Shown one piece after another: positions 35,158-36,197 of a DNA stretch of 36,197 nt. The position numbers and the translations under genes are program-made. Each line of letters begins with the position of its first letter. The first letter of the stretch is position 1. This DNA comes from Octopus bimaculoides (lineage: Eukaryota), in contig NC_068994.1 in the NCBI RefSeq assembly GCF_001194135.2, positions 5,263,138 to 5,299,334 on the forward strand, written 5' to 3'. The notes below the pieces were generated by a model. That model saw nothing but the letters and a program-made list of their open reading frames with translations. It had not been told where the DNA came from and did not search any database.

Positions 35158-35594
35158 CGATATAAACGTATCTGTGAAGACCTACCAAAAGCTGAGCAAA
35201 TAGAAAGATCTTGAAATAGAAATTAGCAAAATGTGGAATCTGAAGACGAAAACAATACCTATTGTCATAGGTGCCCTGGGAATGACAGCGAAACGGGCTG
35301 ATTACTACCTAGCTCAGATACCAGGAAACCCCAAAATGGCTGAAGTTCAAAAGATAGTGCTCATGGGAACTGCCCATATCCTACGTAAAATACTGTCTAT
35401 GTGATCTCAAATTTTAAAGCAAACACATAATTTTCTTATGGTTTCTTAAACATTCACTTGAACAAAACTGTACAAATCCAAATATATGGTACCCTAGGCA
35501 TAACACCTACATGAACTTCTAGCTTGTTGTCTCTTGAGGTCTCTGGGTGAGACTTGGATCCAACTTGTACAAATGCAAAGCAAAAGTCAAACAT
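35157..35594 (+). mobile_element. 5'-truncated R4/Dong-like element within a (TAA)n array
   Basis: DINVSVKTYQKLSK*KDLEIEISKMWNLKTKTIPIVIGALG...MGTAHILRKILSM*; 3' UTR ends caaaagtcaaacat; (TAA)n on both sides. Confidence 0.85.
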
Positions 35595-35627
35595 AAAATA
35601 ATAATAACAACAACAACAATAATTATA

Positions 35628-35685
<58 letters not shown>

Positions 35686-36046
35686 ACAAGTAAATAGAAG
35701 CTTTTAAGTGTAAAATATAAATATAAATATGCGTATGCAAAAAGATTGATACTTTATTTTTTTTTACTCAAAAGTCAAACCCGAGGGTGATAAAAACCCA
35801 TAAGTTGTTCCCCAAGAGTCATCTCCTTGATGTCTTGTTTTTGTTTACCGAAAATTCTTGCGAGACTTCCCGTGACCTTTCTAGCTTTAATACTAAATAG
35901 AGACGAACACCAATTTTTCTATGTGATCAGGTTGAATAATTAAGATTTTCTTAACATGAAACCAATGGTAGCCTTAATACGCAGATTAAGAATATATATA
36001 TTCTTTATGCGGTATTGAGCACTCATTCTCATAGTTCGATATTTAC

Positions 36047-36049
<3 letters not shown>

Positions 36050-36112
<63 letters not shown>
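36050..36112. repeat. (CA)n microsatellite
   Basis: Seen directly. Confidence 0.95.
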
Positions 36113-36117
<5 letters not shown>

Positions 36118-36197
36118 CTATATATATACATGTGTGTACATAATAATACATATTGCATACACTCTTACATGTACACGTACCCCACCACACACATATA

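Noticed and set aside
35922-35945. Acceptor tttttctatgtgatcag as the next exon after the TM
   Set aside because: It gives W-L-N-N-stop with no supporting features; indistinguishable from a chance AG.

Overview
AT-rich, microsatellite- and retroelement-dense animal genomic DNA with 9 N-gaps. The SINE/LINE landscape resembles an octopod cephalopod (inferred from repeat style, not verified). The main feature, almost invisible in the ORF track, is a + strand spliced gene rebuilt by hand from 12 GT-AG exons (10454-33410, 1738 coding nt, about 579 codons, one open frame). It encodes a type-I membrane protein: Cys-rich segment, EGF-like module, degenerate F5/8-C-like domain, EGF module, F-type lectin (FTP) domain, four 8-Cys MEGF/SREC-type EGF modules, then a TM helix ending in CICC. 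The signal-peptide exon and cytoplasmic exons were not identified. Flanking and intronic DNA holds tRNA-derived SINEs, non-LTR remnants (RTE, CR1/L2, L1/Tx1, CRE, R4/Dong-like), Tc1/mariner and Helitron relics, and a mariner MITE with perfect TIRs. The most unusual non-genic feature is an approximately 880-nt diverged 28S rRNA fragment fused directly, in the same orientation, to the 3' end and (TAA)n tail of an R4/Dong-like LINE, just downstream of the TM exon. All family assignments come from motif recognition by eye; no searches were run.
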